A stretch of DNA of 62,890 nt, filler included, from Thermodesulfobacteriota bacterium (lineage in GTDB: Bacteria; DASVDK01): assembly GCA_036381125.1 (NCBI GenBank). It is 7 parts of 7 records of this genome, joined end to end, with 100 filler letters (N's around TTAATTAATTAA, not from the genome) between each part and the next. Parts side by side here need not be neighbours in the genome. Positions count along the whole stretch, not along the records: positions 19,451 to 27,593 come from DASVDK010000020.1; positions 27,694 to 35,772 come from DASVDK010000021.1; 5 more parts are not named here. One strand, given 5' to 3'. The translations under genes were made by a program, and so were the position numbers. The notes below the pieces were generated by a model, which made no database searches, had not been told where the DNA came from, and saw only the letters and a list, made by a program, of their open reading frames with translations. Positions 21,479-31,675 of the stretch are shown piece after piece; the stretch's first letter is position 1; each line of letters begins with the position of its first letter.

Positions 21479-23854
21479 GTGAGGGCATGTGTAAGCTTGA
21501 CGCCTGACGTGCACGCCTCGCCCGATACTCCCGGCGCCCTCGGAGGGAGCAATCCCGTAACGCCCGGCCTCGATCCGGCCGAGCATCTGCCGACGATCGA
21601 CCGCATCCCGTGGTGGCGGCGCTGGCGGACCCTCGTGCTCGGCGCCTTCCTCCTGGTGGTCGTCACCACGGTGATCCGCCAGTACGCCGCGGTCGAGCGC
21701 GCCTTCCACGACGCCGAGCGCGTCGCCGTCCAGACGCAGAGCGACACCGCGTCGGCGCTGGCGCGGGCAACGGCGCTCTTCATCGAGCGGTACCAGGTCA
21801 TCGCCGTGCAGGCGGCGGCCGTGGCCTTCGGCCTCGACATCGCGCCCGACGAGCGGCAGCGCTTCCTCGCCATGCTGCCGAGCCTCCACCCGGACATCGA
21901 GGCGGCGGCCGTCACCGACGCCCGCGGCCGGATCATCGCCTCCGCCCAACTGAACGAGATCGGCACCGACCTGTCCGGCCGTCGCTACTTCCAGGCGCTG
22001 CGCGACGGCGCCAACCTGGTCGTGAGCGACCTCCTCCTCGGCGTCGCCGCGCGGCCGGCGACGCCGGTGGCCGCCGCGGGCCGCGACCGGGACGGGCGGT
22101 TCCTCGGTGCGCTCATCATCGGGCTGCCGGCCGACCGCCTCGAGGAGCGGCTCCGGCTGAACCTCACGCGCGGCGCCTATGCGGTGGTCGTCGACAGCAA
22201 GGGGCGCGTCGTCGTCCACGGCCTGCGGCCGGACCTCTCCTTCGAGGCGCGGGACTTCTCGACCCTCCCGGTCGTCCGGAGGGCCCTGCGGGGGGAGACG
22301 GCCGCGGCGGCCGACATCCTCGACCCGGTCGTGCGGCAGCCGAGCGTCGGCGCGATGGTGCCGGTGCCGTCGCTCGGCTGGGCGGTCGGCGTGTTCCAGC
22401 CGGTCGAGTCGGCGTTCGCAAGCGCGCGCGCCGAGCGGCGGGCCGCGCTCGTCGAGATCGGGCTCATCCTCGCGGTCGGTCTGGCCCTGGCGCTGGCGCT
22501 CGGCCTCTGGCTCTCGGCTCCGATCGCCGCCCTCTCGGCCGGGGTGGCGGCGCTCGCACGGGGCGACCTCGGCCACCGCGTCCCGGTCCGCGGCCCGGGC
22601 GAGCTCGAAAGCCTCGCGCGGGACTTCAACACCATGGGCGAGGCGCTCCGTGCCGCCAACGAGGAGCTGCGGGCGAGCCACGCGCAGATGGAGGAGAACC
22701 TCGCCCAGCTCGCGGCGGCCAACCAGCGCCTCGACGAGGCGCTCGCTCGCGCCCAGACCGAGCGACAGCGGCTCGAGGTCACCTTCGACGCGCTGCCCGA
22801 CGCCGCGCTGGTCGTGGACGCCGATGCCGTGGTCGTCATCGCCAACGAGCGGGCACGCCGCCTCCTCGGCGACTTCTATCGACCCGGGTTCGGCATCGAG
22901 GCGCCGGTCCGGCCGCCGGTCACGCCGCACCTGGTCGACGGCAAGCCGATGCCGGTGGAGGACATCCCGCTCAGGCGCGCCCTGCACTACGGCGAGCGGA
23001 CGCTCGCGACCCGCTTCTCGATCGTGACGCCGGCGGGCGAGCTTCGGCACGTCGTCGTCTCCGCGGCGCCGGTCACGTCGCCGGACGGCCGGACCCTCGG
23101 CGCAGTCACCGTGCTGCGGGACGTGACGGAGGCGCAGCTCCTCGAGACGCTGAAGGACCAGTTCATCGCGCGGGCGAGCCACGAGCTGCGCACCCCCCTC
23201 ACGGCCATCCGCGGGACCATACGCTTCCTCGGGCGGGCGCTCGCCGGCCGCAGCGCCGAGCGCCCCGAGGAGCTCGTGGCCATCGCCGAGCGGAACGTGG
23301 AGCACATGGTCCGGCTGATCGACGATCTGCTCGACGCCTCGCGCCTGCAGAGCGGCCGGGCCTCGCTCGAGCGCGAGCCGCTCTCGCTCGAGCGGCTCCT
23401 CGACGAGGTGGTGCAGCAGTTCGTCCCGACCGCCCGCGAGCGGCGGGTCGCGCTCGCCGCGGCCGCCCCGGCCGGGCTGACGGTGGAGGCCGACCGCCTG
23501 AAGCTCGAGCAGGTCCTCACCAACCTCGTCGGCAACGCCCTCAAGTTCACCGGCGAGGGGGGTGAGGTGACCGTCGAGGCAAGACCGGCGGGAGACGAGG
23601 AGGTGGAGATCCGGGTGCGCGACACGGGCGTCGGGATCGCGGCCGAGCACCTGTCCCGGGTGTTCGAGCCCTTCTTCCAGGTCGGCCCTCCGACCCGGCG
23701 GGAGCGGGGACCGGGCGCCGGCCTCGGCCTCACCATCGCCAGGGCCCTCGTCGAGCTGCACGGCGGGCGGATCGGCGTCGAGAGCGAGGGCCTCGGGCGC
23801 GGCGCGACGTTCGTCGTGGTCCTGCCGCGCCGCGCGAGCGACGCTACGCCTTGA
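21479..23854 (+). CDS. Sensor histidine kinase (TM-Cache-TM-HAMP-PAS-HisKA-HATPase); start uncertain
   Basis: [10 protein letters not shown]-box, [10 protein letters not shown]-box, DTGVGI, FEPF, GAGLGL. HAMP motif [13 protein letters not shown]. Confidence 0.9.
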   Translation: MRACVSLTPDVHASPDTPGALGGSNPVTPGLDPAEHLPTIDRIPWWRRWRTLVLGAFLLVVVTTVIRQYAAVERAFHDAERVAVQTQSDTASALARATALFIERYQVIAVQAAAVAFGLDIAPDERQRFLAMLPSLHPDIEAAAVTDARGRIIASAQLNEIGTDLSGRRYFQALRDGANLVVSDLLLGVAARPATPVAAAGRDRDGRFLGALIIGLPADRLEERLRLNLTRGAYAVVVDSKGRVVVHGLRPDLSFEARDFSTLPVVRRALRGETAAAADILDPVVRQPSVGAMVPVPSLGWAVGVFQPVESAFASARAERRAALVEIGLILAVGLALALALGLWLSAPIAALSAGVAALARGDLGHRVPVRGPGELESLARDFNTMGEALRAANEELRASHAQMEENLAQLAAANQRLDEALARAQTERQRLEVTFDALPDAALVVDADAVVVIANERARRLLGDFYRPGFGIEAPVRPPVTPHLVDGKPMPVEDIPLRRALHYGERTLATRFSIVTPAGELRHVVVSAAPVTSPDGRTLGAVTVLRDVTEAQLLETLKDQFIARASHELRTPLTAIRGTIRFLGRALAGRSAERPEELVAIAERNVEHMVRLIDDLLDASRLQSGRASLEREPLSLERLLDEVVQQFVPTARERRVALAAAAPAGLTVEADRLKLEQVLTNLVGNALKFTGEGGEVTVEARPAGDEEVEIRVRDTGVGIAAEHLSRVFEPFFQVGPPTRRERGPGAGLGLTIARALVELHGGRIGVESEGLGRGATFVVVLPRRASDATP

Positions 23855-24260
23855 ACGTCTCGCGCCGGGCGAGCGCCTGCCGCACCGACTCGAGCACCGC
23901 GTCGACGTCGAACGGCTTCCCCACGATCTCGTGCGCGCCGACCGGGCCGACGAGCTGCTCGAGCGCCTGCTTGTTCGTGGTCGTGATGATGAAGGTCCGC
24001 CCCCTGGCGGCGTCGGTCGCGCGCACGAGCCTGAAGAACGCCCAGTTGTCCTCGTAGGGCGGCGCGATGTCGTAGAGGATCACGTCGGGGTCGTGCGCCT
24101 CGAGGAACTCGATCAGGTCGAGGCGGCCTCGCTTCACGTCGTCGACGTGCGCGGTGACGGTGGTGAGCCCCTCGTGCTCCAGCATCCGCCGGAGCAGCTC
24201 GAGGATGTCGTCGCTCGCGTTCAGGACCGCGACCTGCGCCTTTCCCGCCGTCCCGCCCAT
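23844..24260 (-). CDS. Stand-alone receiver-domain protein (atypical)
   Basis: PDVILYDI (phospho-Asp site) and GKPFD. The first strand ends VLNASDD instead of VDD. Confidence 0.7.
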   Translation of the reverse strand: MGGTAGKAQVAVLNASDDILELLRRMLEHEGLTTVTAHVDDVKRGRLDLIEFLEAHDPDVILYDIAPPYEDNWAFFRLVRATDAARGRTFIITTTNKQALEQLVGPVGAHEIVGKPFDVDAVLESVRQALARRETFKA

Positions 24261-24671
24261 GCGCCCCCCGACTGCAAGAAGCGCGCGACGCGGGGCGTCC
24301 GCCTTCCCCGAACGGTCGAAACGCCCCCGCGGGAGCGGCCGTCCGCGCCAGGCCGGCGGTCGCCTGCCGTGCCCCGCGCGAGGACGGCCGATCCGACGCC
24401 CGCGGACGGTGCGGCGGGTGGGCCCGATGGACGCCGCCGGCACGGCGCGCTACACTTGGGCAAGCGTTTCGTACGTGCAGGATCTCCAGGCAGACACGCT
24501 CTCGGTTCTCCGAAGGCGCCGCGGGATCCCGGTGGGTGGGACCGCGGCGTTTCTGCGTCGTGCAACGGAACGCGAGCCGGCTGGCGCTCGATCGGGCGTG
24601 CCGGCTACCTGGCATCAACAGACGCGCCTCGTGCGCGACCCACCAGCAGAAAGAACAGGAGAGCGTTCGGC

Positions 24672-24875
24672 ATGGCCGAGCAGGGTACCGTCAAGTGGTT
24701 CAACGACGCGAAGGGGTACGGCTTCATCAAGCGCGAGCAGGGGGAGGACCTCTTCGTCCACTTCTCCGCCATCCAGGCCGACGGCTTCAAGAGCCTCGCC
24801 GAGGGTGATCGCGTGGAGTTCGAGGTGACCAGGGGGCCGAAGGGTCTCCAGGCCACCAACGTCGTCCGCCTCTAG
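24672..24875 (+). CDS. cspA: Cold-shock protein
   Basis: [45 protein letters not shown]. Confidence 0.95.
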   Translation: MAEQGTVKWFNDAKGYGFIKREQGEDLFVHFSAIQADGFKSLAEGDRVEFEVTRGPKGLQATNVVRL

Positions 24876-24898
24876 CGTCGAGCCGTACAGTTCACGGC

Positions 24899-24931
24899 GC
24901 CCCGCCCCCCCTGGGGGCGGGGCTTTTTTTT
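24899..24931 (+). terminator. Rho-independent terminator
   Basis: GCCCCGCCCCC-CCT-GGGGGCGGGGC followed by T8. Confidence 0.9.
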
Positions 24932-24994
24932 GGCGTTTTGACCTCCGGCGCCATCGTCGGCATAATCGGCCATCCCCTGCACGAGAGGTGACGC

Positions 24995-25237
24995 GTGTCG
25001 CGAATCCTCGTCGGCCTCCTGATCTTCCAGCTCGTCGGCACGCCGATGGCGTACTTCCTCTGGAGTACGCTGAACGAAGGCCTCGCGATGCAGGCATCCG
25101 CCTGGCGCATCGCCCTGGCCTTCCCGGTGCTGGCGCTCTACATCGGCCTCCTCGTCGTCATGGCCCGACAGATCCGACGCTGGCAGGCGGCGCGCGAGGC
25201 CGACGCGGCGCGACATTCCGGAGGTGCCCGTGCGTGA
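24995..25237 (+). CDS. Small two-TM membrane protein upstream of oxidase genes
   Basis: 80-aa ORF with two hydrophobic segments, GAGG RBS, overlapping the next ORF. Confidence 0.55.
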   Translation: MSRILVGLLIFQLVGTPMAYFLWSTLNEGLAMQASAWRIALAFPVLALYIGLLVVMARQIRRWQAAREADAARHSGGARA

Positions 25238-25406
25238 CACTCCCCGTTACACCGCTCCGGCGACCGGCTCCGACTCCCCGCGCGAGACCGAGCTCACGCC
25301 CGAGGAGGAGCCCGACACGAGCGGCACGCTGGTGCTCGTGATGATCATCCTCATGTTCATCGCGGGCGGCTGGATCACCATGTACCTCCTGCTCCTCGAG
25401 CGGTGA
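25230..25406 (+). CDS. cbaD: ba3-type oxidase subunit IIa-like peptide
   Basis: Single TM, EEPDTSGTLVLVMIILMFIAGGWITMYLLLLER, resembling subunit IIa. Directly precedes subunit II. Confidence 0.6.
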   Translation: MRDTPRYTAPATGSDSPRETELTPEEEPDTSGTLVLVMIILMFIAGGWITMYLLLLER

Positions 25407-25410
25407 GCCG

Positions 25411-25878
25411 ATGAAGGTCCACACCTACGAGAAGGCGTTCGTCTGGGTGGGCGCCCTGGTGCTGATCGCCTGCGCCGGCGCCCTGGTGTACGCGTCGCTC
25501 GGGATGGGGATCCACCTCCCGGGCCGCGTGGCCGAGGTCGACCCCAACCAGATCCGCAACACGCCCCCCTTCGACCAGCCCGGCGTGCGCGAGATCGGGC
25601 CGGGGCGCTACGAGGTCGTGATGCTCGGCCAGATCTGGTCCTTCCTGCCCGGCGAGATCCGCGTCCCGGCCGGCTCGGAGGTCACCTTCACGGCCACGTC
25701 GGCCGACGTGATCCACGGCCTGTTCATCGAGCGGACGCGGCTCAACCTCATGCTCATCCCGGGTCAGGTCTCGCGCAACACCATCCGGTTCCCCGAGCCG
25801 GGCGAGCACATCATCATCTGCCACGAGTACTGCGGGATCGGCCATCACACGATGGCCGGGAAGGTGATCGTCGAATGA
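25411..25878 (+). CDS. cbaB: ba3-type cytochrome c oxidase subunit II
   Basis: One TM; CuA ligands DVIHG and CHEYCGIGHHTM. Confidence 0.92.
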   Translation: MKVHTYEKAFVWVGALVLIACAGALVYASLGMGIHLPGRVAEVDPNQIRNTPPFDQPGVREIGPGRYEVVMLGQIWSFLPGEIRVPAGSEVTFTATSADVIHGLFIERTRLNLMLIPGQVSRNTIRFPEPGEHIIICHEYCGIGHHTMAGKVIVE

Positions 25879-27539
25879 GCGCACCGATCGTCCTCGATCC
25901 GCACGGCTACGAGTTCCCGGCCGACCAGAAGCGCTACATCCGCTGGACCATCTACATCGGCTACGCGGCGCTCGTGGCGGGCGTCTTCCACGGGCTCGCC
26001 CAGGCGCTCTCGTACGCGAGGATCGACATCCTCGGCTACTTCCCCGGCCTGCGCGGCTACTACCAGGGCCTCACGGTCCACGGCGTGGCCAACGTCCTCA
26101 TCTTCACGTTCGCCTTCTCGAACGGCTTCCTGCCGCTCGTGACCGCGCGAGCCCTCTCGGAGCCGCTCGTACCGGGCCTCGTCAGGGCCGTCTTCTGGAC
26201 GCTCCTCGTCGGCAACCTCCTCGTCATCTACGCGGTCGTGTCGAACCAGGCGAGCGTCCTCTTCACGGCGTACGCCCCGCTGCAGGCGCACTGGACCTTC
26301 TACCTGGGGCTCGTGCTGGTCGTGGTGAGCACCTGGCTCGCGCTCGTCAACCAGCTCGTCCCCTACCGCCGCTGGCGGAGGGCCAACCCCGGGGCGCGCG
26401 TGCCGCTGCTCGCCTTCATCGCCATCGTCAGCTACGTGATGTGGTTCCTCGCGTCGCTGCCGATCGCGACGTCGTTCCTCGGCTTCCTCCTCCCCTGGTC
26501 GCTCGGCCTCATGCCCCGCGTCGACCCGCTCTACACGCGCACCCTCTTCTGGTTCACGGGGCACGCCATCGTCTACGCGTGGCTCCTGCCCGCCTACGTG
26601 TCCTGGTACGCGATGATCCCGCGGCAGGTGAACGGCAAGCTGATCAGCGACTCCTATACGCGGGTCGTCTTCCTCCTCTTCCTGCTCCTGTCCATCCCGA
26701 CCGGCTTCCACCACCAGTACACCGATCCCGGCGTGCCGCTCGGCATGAAGGCCCTCCACGGCGTCCTCACGTTCGGCCTCTTCCTGCCGAGCCTCGCGAC
26801 GGCCTTCTCCGTCATGGCCGCGCTCGAGATCGGCGGCCGCGCGCGCGGCGGGCGGGGGCTCTTCGGGTGGATCCGCAGGCTCCCGTGGGGCGATCCGTCG
26901 GTCACGGCGCAGCTCCTCGCGATGATCGCCTTCGTCTTCGGCGGCGTCACCGGCCTGGTGAACGCCAGCTTCACGATGAACCAGGTCATCCACAACACCA
27001 CCTGGGTCCCCGGCCACTTCCACATGACGATCGGCACCGCCGTCGCGCTCACGTTCATGGGGGTCGCCTTCTGGCTCATCCCCTACCTGACCGGCCGCGG
27101 GCTGTACAGCCGGGGCCTGGCGCTCGCCTCGTCCTGGATCTACGCGATCGGGGTGTTCGTCTTCGCCAGGGGGATGATCTCGGGCGGCATCGCCGGGCTG
27201 CCGCGTCGGACCTTCCGCGCCCAGGCCGTGTACTCGAGCCCCGACTGGGAGCTGGCCGGCGCGCTCACCGCCGTCGGCGGCACGATCATGTTCATCGGCA
27301 TCATGCTCTTCTTCATCGTGATCGGCCTGACGATCATCGGCGGGCGTCCGGGCGCCGGGCCGCGGGACATGCCGGTGTCCGAGACGATCACGGCGCCGGC
27401 GGCGCACGGCTGGGAGCGGGGGCTCGACCGGCTCGGCTGGTGGGTGGCGGCGACCGTCGTGCTCATCGCCATCGCCTACGGGCCCTTCTTCGTGACCTAC
27501 GCGCCGAGGCTCGTGTCGCCCGGGTTCCGGCTCTTCTGA
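25875..27539 (+). CDS. cbaA: B-family (ba3-type) heme-copper oxidase subunit I
   Basis: YYQGLTVHGV, LFWFTGHAIVY, GFHHQY, HNTTWVPGHFH, GLPRR. Confidence 0.93.
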   Translation: MSAPIVLDPHGYEFPADQKRYIRWTIYIGYAALVAGVFHGLAQALSYARIDILGYFPGLRGYYQGLTVHGVANVLIFTFAFSNGFLPLVTARALSEPLVPGLVRAVFWTLLVGNLLVIYAVVSNQASVLFTAYAPLQAHWTFYLGLVLVVVSTWLALVNQLVPYRRWRRANPGARVPLLAFIAIVSYVMWFLASLPIATSFLGFLLPWSLGLMPRVDPLYTRTLFWFTGHAIVYAWLLPAYVSWYAMIPRQVNGKLISDSYTRVVFLLFLLLSIPTGFHHQYTDPGVPLGMKALHGVLTFGLFLPSLATAFSVMAALEIGGRARGGRGLFGWIRRLPWGDPSVTAQLLAMIAFVFGGVTGLVNASFTMNQVIHNTTWVPGHFHMTIGTAVALTFMGVAFWLIPYLTGRGLYSRGLALASSWIYAIGVFVFARGMISGGIAGLPRRTFRAQAVYSSPDWELAGALTAVGGTIMFIGIMLFFIVIGLTIIGGRPGAGPRDMPVSETITAPAAHGWERGLDRLGWWVAATVVLIAIAYGPFFVTYAPRLVSPGFRLF

Positions 27540-27593
27540 GTCGGGCGGCGCGCGAGGGCCGGCCGGCTCACGCCGCCGGCCCGGTCGCGGGGC

Positions 27594-27693
27594 NNNNNNN
27601 NNNNNNNNNNNNNNNNNNNNNNNNNNNNNNNNNNNNNTTAATTAATTAANNNNNNNNNNNNNNNNNNNNNNNNNNNNNNNNNNNNNNNNNNNN
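27594..27693. other. Artificial contig linker
   Basis: N-TTAATTAATTAA-N. Confidence 0.97.
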
Positions 27694-29282
27694 TCGGGGT
27701 CGCGCGGCGGCGTGGGCTGCACCGCCCCGCGCCCGCGGCGCGCCTCGTCGCCGCCGCCGCGGCGGCGCCGGCGGCGGCGCGGCTCGACCTCGCCGGCGGC
27801 CGCCATCTGCCCGGCCGCCGCGGCGGCCCGCTCCCACTCGGCCAGGTCGTCGATCAGCTCGCCGCGACAGGCGAGGTCGCGGATGCGCAGGAGCGTGAGG
27901 GCGTCGGGGAAGGCCGGCCGCCGCGCCAGCACCGAGGCGCGGCGCGTGTCGGGCTGTCCGACCATGCGCCAGAGGATGAAGAGCGCGCCCCGCAGCGCCT
28001 CCGTGTCGCGCCGCGAGAGCGCCAGCCTGAGCGCCAGCGCGCTCGCGATGCCGTCGATGTCGGCCGCCACGCCGTGGCGGGCGCGGTGACGGACCGGACG
28101 GCCGCGGCCGCCGCGCCGGCCGCGCGAGTCGGGCTCGTCCTCGTCGCCGTCCTCGCCCGCGACCAGGAGATCGGCGGGGGGCGACCAGGCGGGGAGCCCC
28201 TCGGGCCGGTCGAGGAGGAGCGGCATGGCGAGGGTGCCGACGAGCACCGCGTTCGAGACGCTGCGCCGCCCCTTGTCGAAGGCGTCGAGGGCGGTGAGGT
28301 GCGCCTCGATGTTGCCCCAGAGGTAGGCCGCGATGGGGTTGCCCTCCTGCTGGAGCACCCAGAGGTTCTGCAGCTCGGGGAGGAGGACGCCGAGGGCGCC
28401 CGTCTCGGCGAGCAGGCGCAGCGAGGCGCGCGCCGCGCCGCCGCCGAGGAGCCTGAGGACCTCCTCCATGATGCGCGGCGGCGCGCTCCGGAGGATGTCG
28501 GCGCGGTGGCGGCGGATGGCCGACTCGGTGACCGGATCGAGCTGGAAGCCGAGGCGGGCGGCGAACTTGATCGCCCTGAGCATCCGGATGGGGTCCTCGC
28601 GGAACCGGATGTCCGGGTCGCCGATGGTGCGGATGACGCGCCGCTCGAGGTCCTCGCGGCCGCCGACGTAGTCGATGACCTCGCCCCGCTCGACGTCGTA
28701 GAAGAGGCCGTTGATCGTGAAGTCGCGGCGGACGGCGTCCTGCTCGGCCGTGCCGAAGACGTTGTCGTTGCGGATGAGGAGGTCGTCGCCGGCGCCGTTC
28801 TCGACCGGGTCGATCATGGCGCGGAAGGTCGAGACCTCGACGATCTTCTCGCGGAAGAAGACGTGCGCCAGGCGGAAGCGGCGCCCGATGATCCGGCAGT
28901 TGCGAAAGAGCCGCTTCACTTCCTCGGGCCGCGCCGAGGTCGCGATGTCGAAGTCCTTCGGCGTGCGGCCGAGGAGGAGGTCGCGCACGCCGCCGCCGAC
29001 GAGGTAGGCCTCGAAGCCGTGCCGCCGAAGGCGCCGCAGGATCTTGACCGCGTCGGTGTCGAGGAGGAAGCGGGGGATGACGCCGTCGGGGTTGCCCCAG
29101 GCGTCGAGGTCGTCGCCCAGCCCGTCGCCGCTCTCGGCGAGGGTCGCGGTCGGCGCGGCGGCCGGGGGTGCGTCGGGAGAGGGCGCCGGGGTCGACTCGC
29201 CCTCGGGCGAGGACGGACGGTCGGCCGCCTGATCGGCGGGAGCCTCGGGCTCCGGGCCGCCGGGGCGCTGGAATTCTGTCAT
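27694..29282 (-). CDS. pcnB: Poly(A) polymerase I (C-terminus cut by linker)
   Basis: LVGGGVRDLL..PKDFDIAT, PAP-specific RIIGRRFRLAHV, RRDFTINGL, EDPIRMLRA, Arg-rich tail. Confidence 0.9.
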
Positions 29283-29429
29283 ACAGTTCACCTTGCTAAC
29301 ACGCTAGGGGCTCGGTCCGATCGATACGGATCGGCCCAGGCGCGGGGTACTGGCGCTCGCACGCGGGCGAGCCCCCGCGCGGCCGCCGGGCGCCGCGTCG
29401 AGAGTGGGCGCGCGCCGGAAAGCCGGCGA

Positions 29430-29648
29430 CTAGCGGTACTTACCCTTGAGTGCGTCCGGCACGGCCGTGCTGCTGGGCACGCCGTTGCCGGCACCGGTTC
29501 GGCCGTAGTTGAGCTCCCAACCGGTGGCCTTCGTGTCCGTGGCGCTCGTGCGGGCGAAGTTCGCGAAGAGGAGCCCGCCGATCAGGAGCGCGGCGACGGT
29601 CCAGACCCAGGGGTTCTGCCAGTCGGTCGGTGCGGTGTGCTCGGCCAT
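29430..29648 (-). CDS. Small single-TM hypothetical protein
   Basis: 72-aa ATG ORF with one TM (PWVWTVAALLIGGLLF) and non-shadow composition. Confidence 0.5.
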   Translation of the reverse strand: MAEHTAPTDWQNPWVWTVAALLIGGLLFANFARTSATDTKATGWELNYGRTGAGNGVPSSTAVPDALKGKYR

Positions 29649-29658
29649 ATGGCCAATT

Positions 29659-30180
29659 CTAGCGCGAAGCGGGCCCGGCGTGGACCGGCAACTTGACCGG
29701 GATCGCGAGTCCGGTCGGCGCCCGGTCGACGAGAGGCGCCCCGACGGCCGGCGCCTGGGCCGCCGCCGCCTCGCGCGCCATCCGGACCACCCCGTCGACA
29801 GTCCCGCGGAAGCGGGCGTCGGTGAGCCCCCGTAGCGGGGCGAGCACGGCGGCGCACATGAGCCCCCGCACGGAGACCAGGCGGGCGCCGAGGTCGGGGA
29901 TCATGTCCGGGGAGAGGGCCGAGGCGACGAGCCGGACGTCCGGATCGCCGAGGTCGCTATCCCAGGCGACCACGCGCAGCAGGCCGGCCTCCTCGTCGGT
30001 CAGGACGGAGACGGCCACGTCGTCGACGGCGAACCGGAAGCCGCCCGGGACCGCCACCGCCTCGGGCGCCATCGCCTCCACGGCCTGCGTGACCACGCGC
30101 ACCGGCCCGTCCCCGGTCCAGGCGGTCGCCGGCATGCAGGTGACGAGCAGCACGGCGGCCAGGACGGTCGGGCGGCGCAT
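29659..30180 (-). CDS. Hypothetical exported protein
   Basis: Signal-peptide-like N-terminus and AGGAG RBS. Confidence 0.5.
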   Translation of the reverse strand: MRRPTVLAAVLLVTCMPATAWTGDGPVRVVTQAVEAMAPEAVAVPGGFRFAVDDVAVSVLTDEEAGLLRVVAWDSDLGDPDVRLVASALSPDMIPDLGARLVSVRGLMCAAVLAPLRGLTDARFRGTVDGVVRMAREAAAAQAPAVGAPLVDRAPTGLAIPVKLPVHAGPASR

Positions 30181-30316
30181 CGGGTCGAGCTCCTCGGAGA
30201 GGTTGGGGTCAGGCGCGCTGTGCTATACGCCACCGACCGGGCACGGTTCTGTAATGCGGGTCACAGGTTCGCAAAAAAGCGCCTGGCTGTCCAGCGAGGC
30301 ACCTGTCGGTCGGCGA

Positions 30317-31675
30317 CTAGGCGTCGAAGCGTGCCGGCTCGGCCGCCGCGCCGTCGCCCGCCTCGTAGGCGCGCGCCAGGAGCTCCACCGGGTGCACGAC
30401 CGGCATCCGGAGCCCGGCCCGGGCCATCCCCTTGGCGATCTGGATGAGGCAGCCGGGGTTGCCGGTGGCCAGCACGTCGGCCTTCACCTCGCCGATCCGC
30501 GACATCTTCCGGTCGAGGATGCGCATGGAGAGGTCGGGGTGGACGACGTTGTAGACGCCGGCCGAGCCGCAGCACCAGTCGCTCTCGCGGATCTCGGCGA
30601 GGGTCACGCCCGGGATCTGTCGGAGGACCTCGCGCGGCTCCTGCCGGACCTTCTGGGCGTGCGCGAGGTGGCAGGCCTCGTGGTAGGCGACGACGAGGTC
30701 GAGCCGGCCGAGCCGGCCCCTGAGCGGGCCGCCGGCCGCGAGCACCTCCGAGACGTCGCGCACCCGGGCCGCCACTCGCTTCGCCCGCTCCGCCCACTCG
30801 GGGTCGTGCTCGAGCAGCTCCCCCCACTCCTTCATGACGGAGCCGCAGCCCGAGACGTTCGTGACCACGTAGTCGACGTCGGCCGCCTCGAAGGCCGCCA
30901 CGTCGCGCCGGGCGAGCGCCTTGCCCCGCTCGAGCTCGCCCTCGTGGACGTGGAGGGCGCCGCAGCACCCCTGCTCGCGCGGGACGACCACGTCCCACCC
31001 GTTCTCGGAGAGGACCCGGATCGTGGCGCGATTGGTTGCCTGGAAGACCTCCCGCATGACGCAGCCGGCCAGGAGCGCCACCCTCCCGCGCCGCTCCCCC
31101 TTCGCGGCCGTGAACTCCGGCAGCGGCCGACGGTCGGCCGGCGGTGGCACCTCGGGCAGGAGGGCCTCGCGCCGGGCGTTCGTCGCGCCGAACGCCTTCA
31201 CGAGCCCGGTCCTGCGGGCGAACGCCTGCAGGCCGCTGCGCTGGTAGAGGCCGATCAGCGTGACGAGCGCGCGCAGGACCCGCGGGTTGGGGAGCACGAG
31301 GCCGTAGCCGACCCAGCGTGCGAGCCGCGAGGCGAGCGGCCGCCGGTAGTGACGCTCGATCTGGCCGCGCGCCCGCTCCATGAGCGAGCCGAACTGCACG
31401 CCCGAGGGGCAGGCGGTCTCGCAGGCGCGGCAGACGAGGCACTTGTACATGTGGTCCACGAAGCTGTCGGTGATGCCGAGCTTGCCCTCCTGGACCTGCC
31501 GGATCAGGTAGACGCGGCCGCGCGGCGAGTCCATCTCCGTGCCCAGCTCGACGTAGGTCGGGCAGGTCGGCAGGCAGAGGCCGCAGTGGACGCAGTCGAG
31601 GATCTTCTCCCGCGAGGGCGGGTCGATCTCGTCGAAGCCCGGCCCGGCCGGCCGCGTCGTCTCGGCGATGGCCAC
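30317..31675 (-). CDS. glcF: Glycolate oxidase Fe-S subunit
   Basis: CVHCGLCLPTCP, SPRGR, CLVCRACETACPSGV, CCG domains (GCCGALH, WCCGSAG, NPGC). Confidence 0.92.
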   Translation of the reverse strand: MAIAETTRPAGPGFDEIDPPSREKILDCVHCGLCLPTCPTYVELGTEMDSPRGRVYLIRQVQEGKLGITDSFVDHMYKCLVCRACETACPSGVQFGSLMERARGQIERHYRRPLASRLARWVGYGLVLPNPRVLRALVTLIGLYQRSGLQAFARRTGLVKAFGATNARREALLPEVPPPADRRPLPEFTAAKGERRGRVALLAGCVMREVFQATNRATIRVLSENGWDVVVPREQGCCGALHVHEGELERGKALARRDVAAFEAADVDYVVTNVSGCGSVMKEWGELLEHDPEWAERAKRVAARVRDVSEVLAAGGPLRGRLGRLDLVVAYHEACHLAHAQKVRQEPREVLRQIPGVTLAEIRESDWCCGSAGVYNVVHPDLSMRILDRKMSRIGEVKADVLATGNPGCLIQIAKGMARAGLRMPVVHPVELLARAYEAGDGAAAEPARFDA

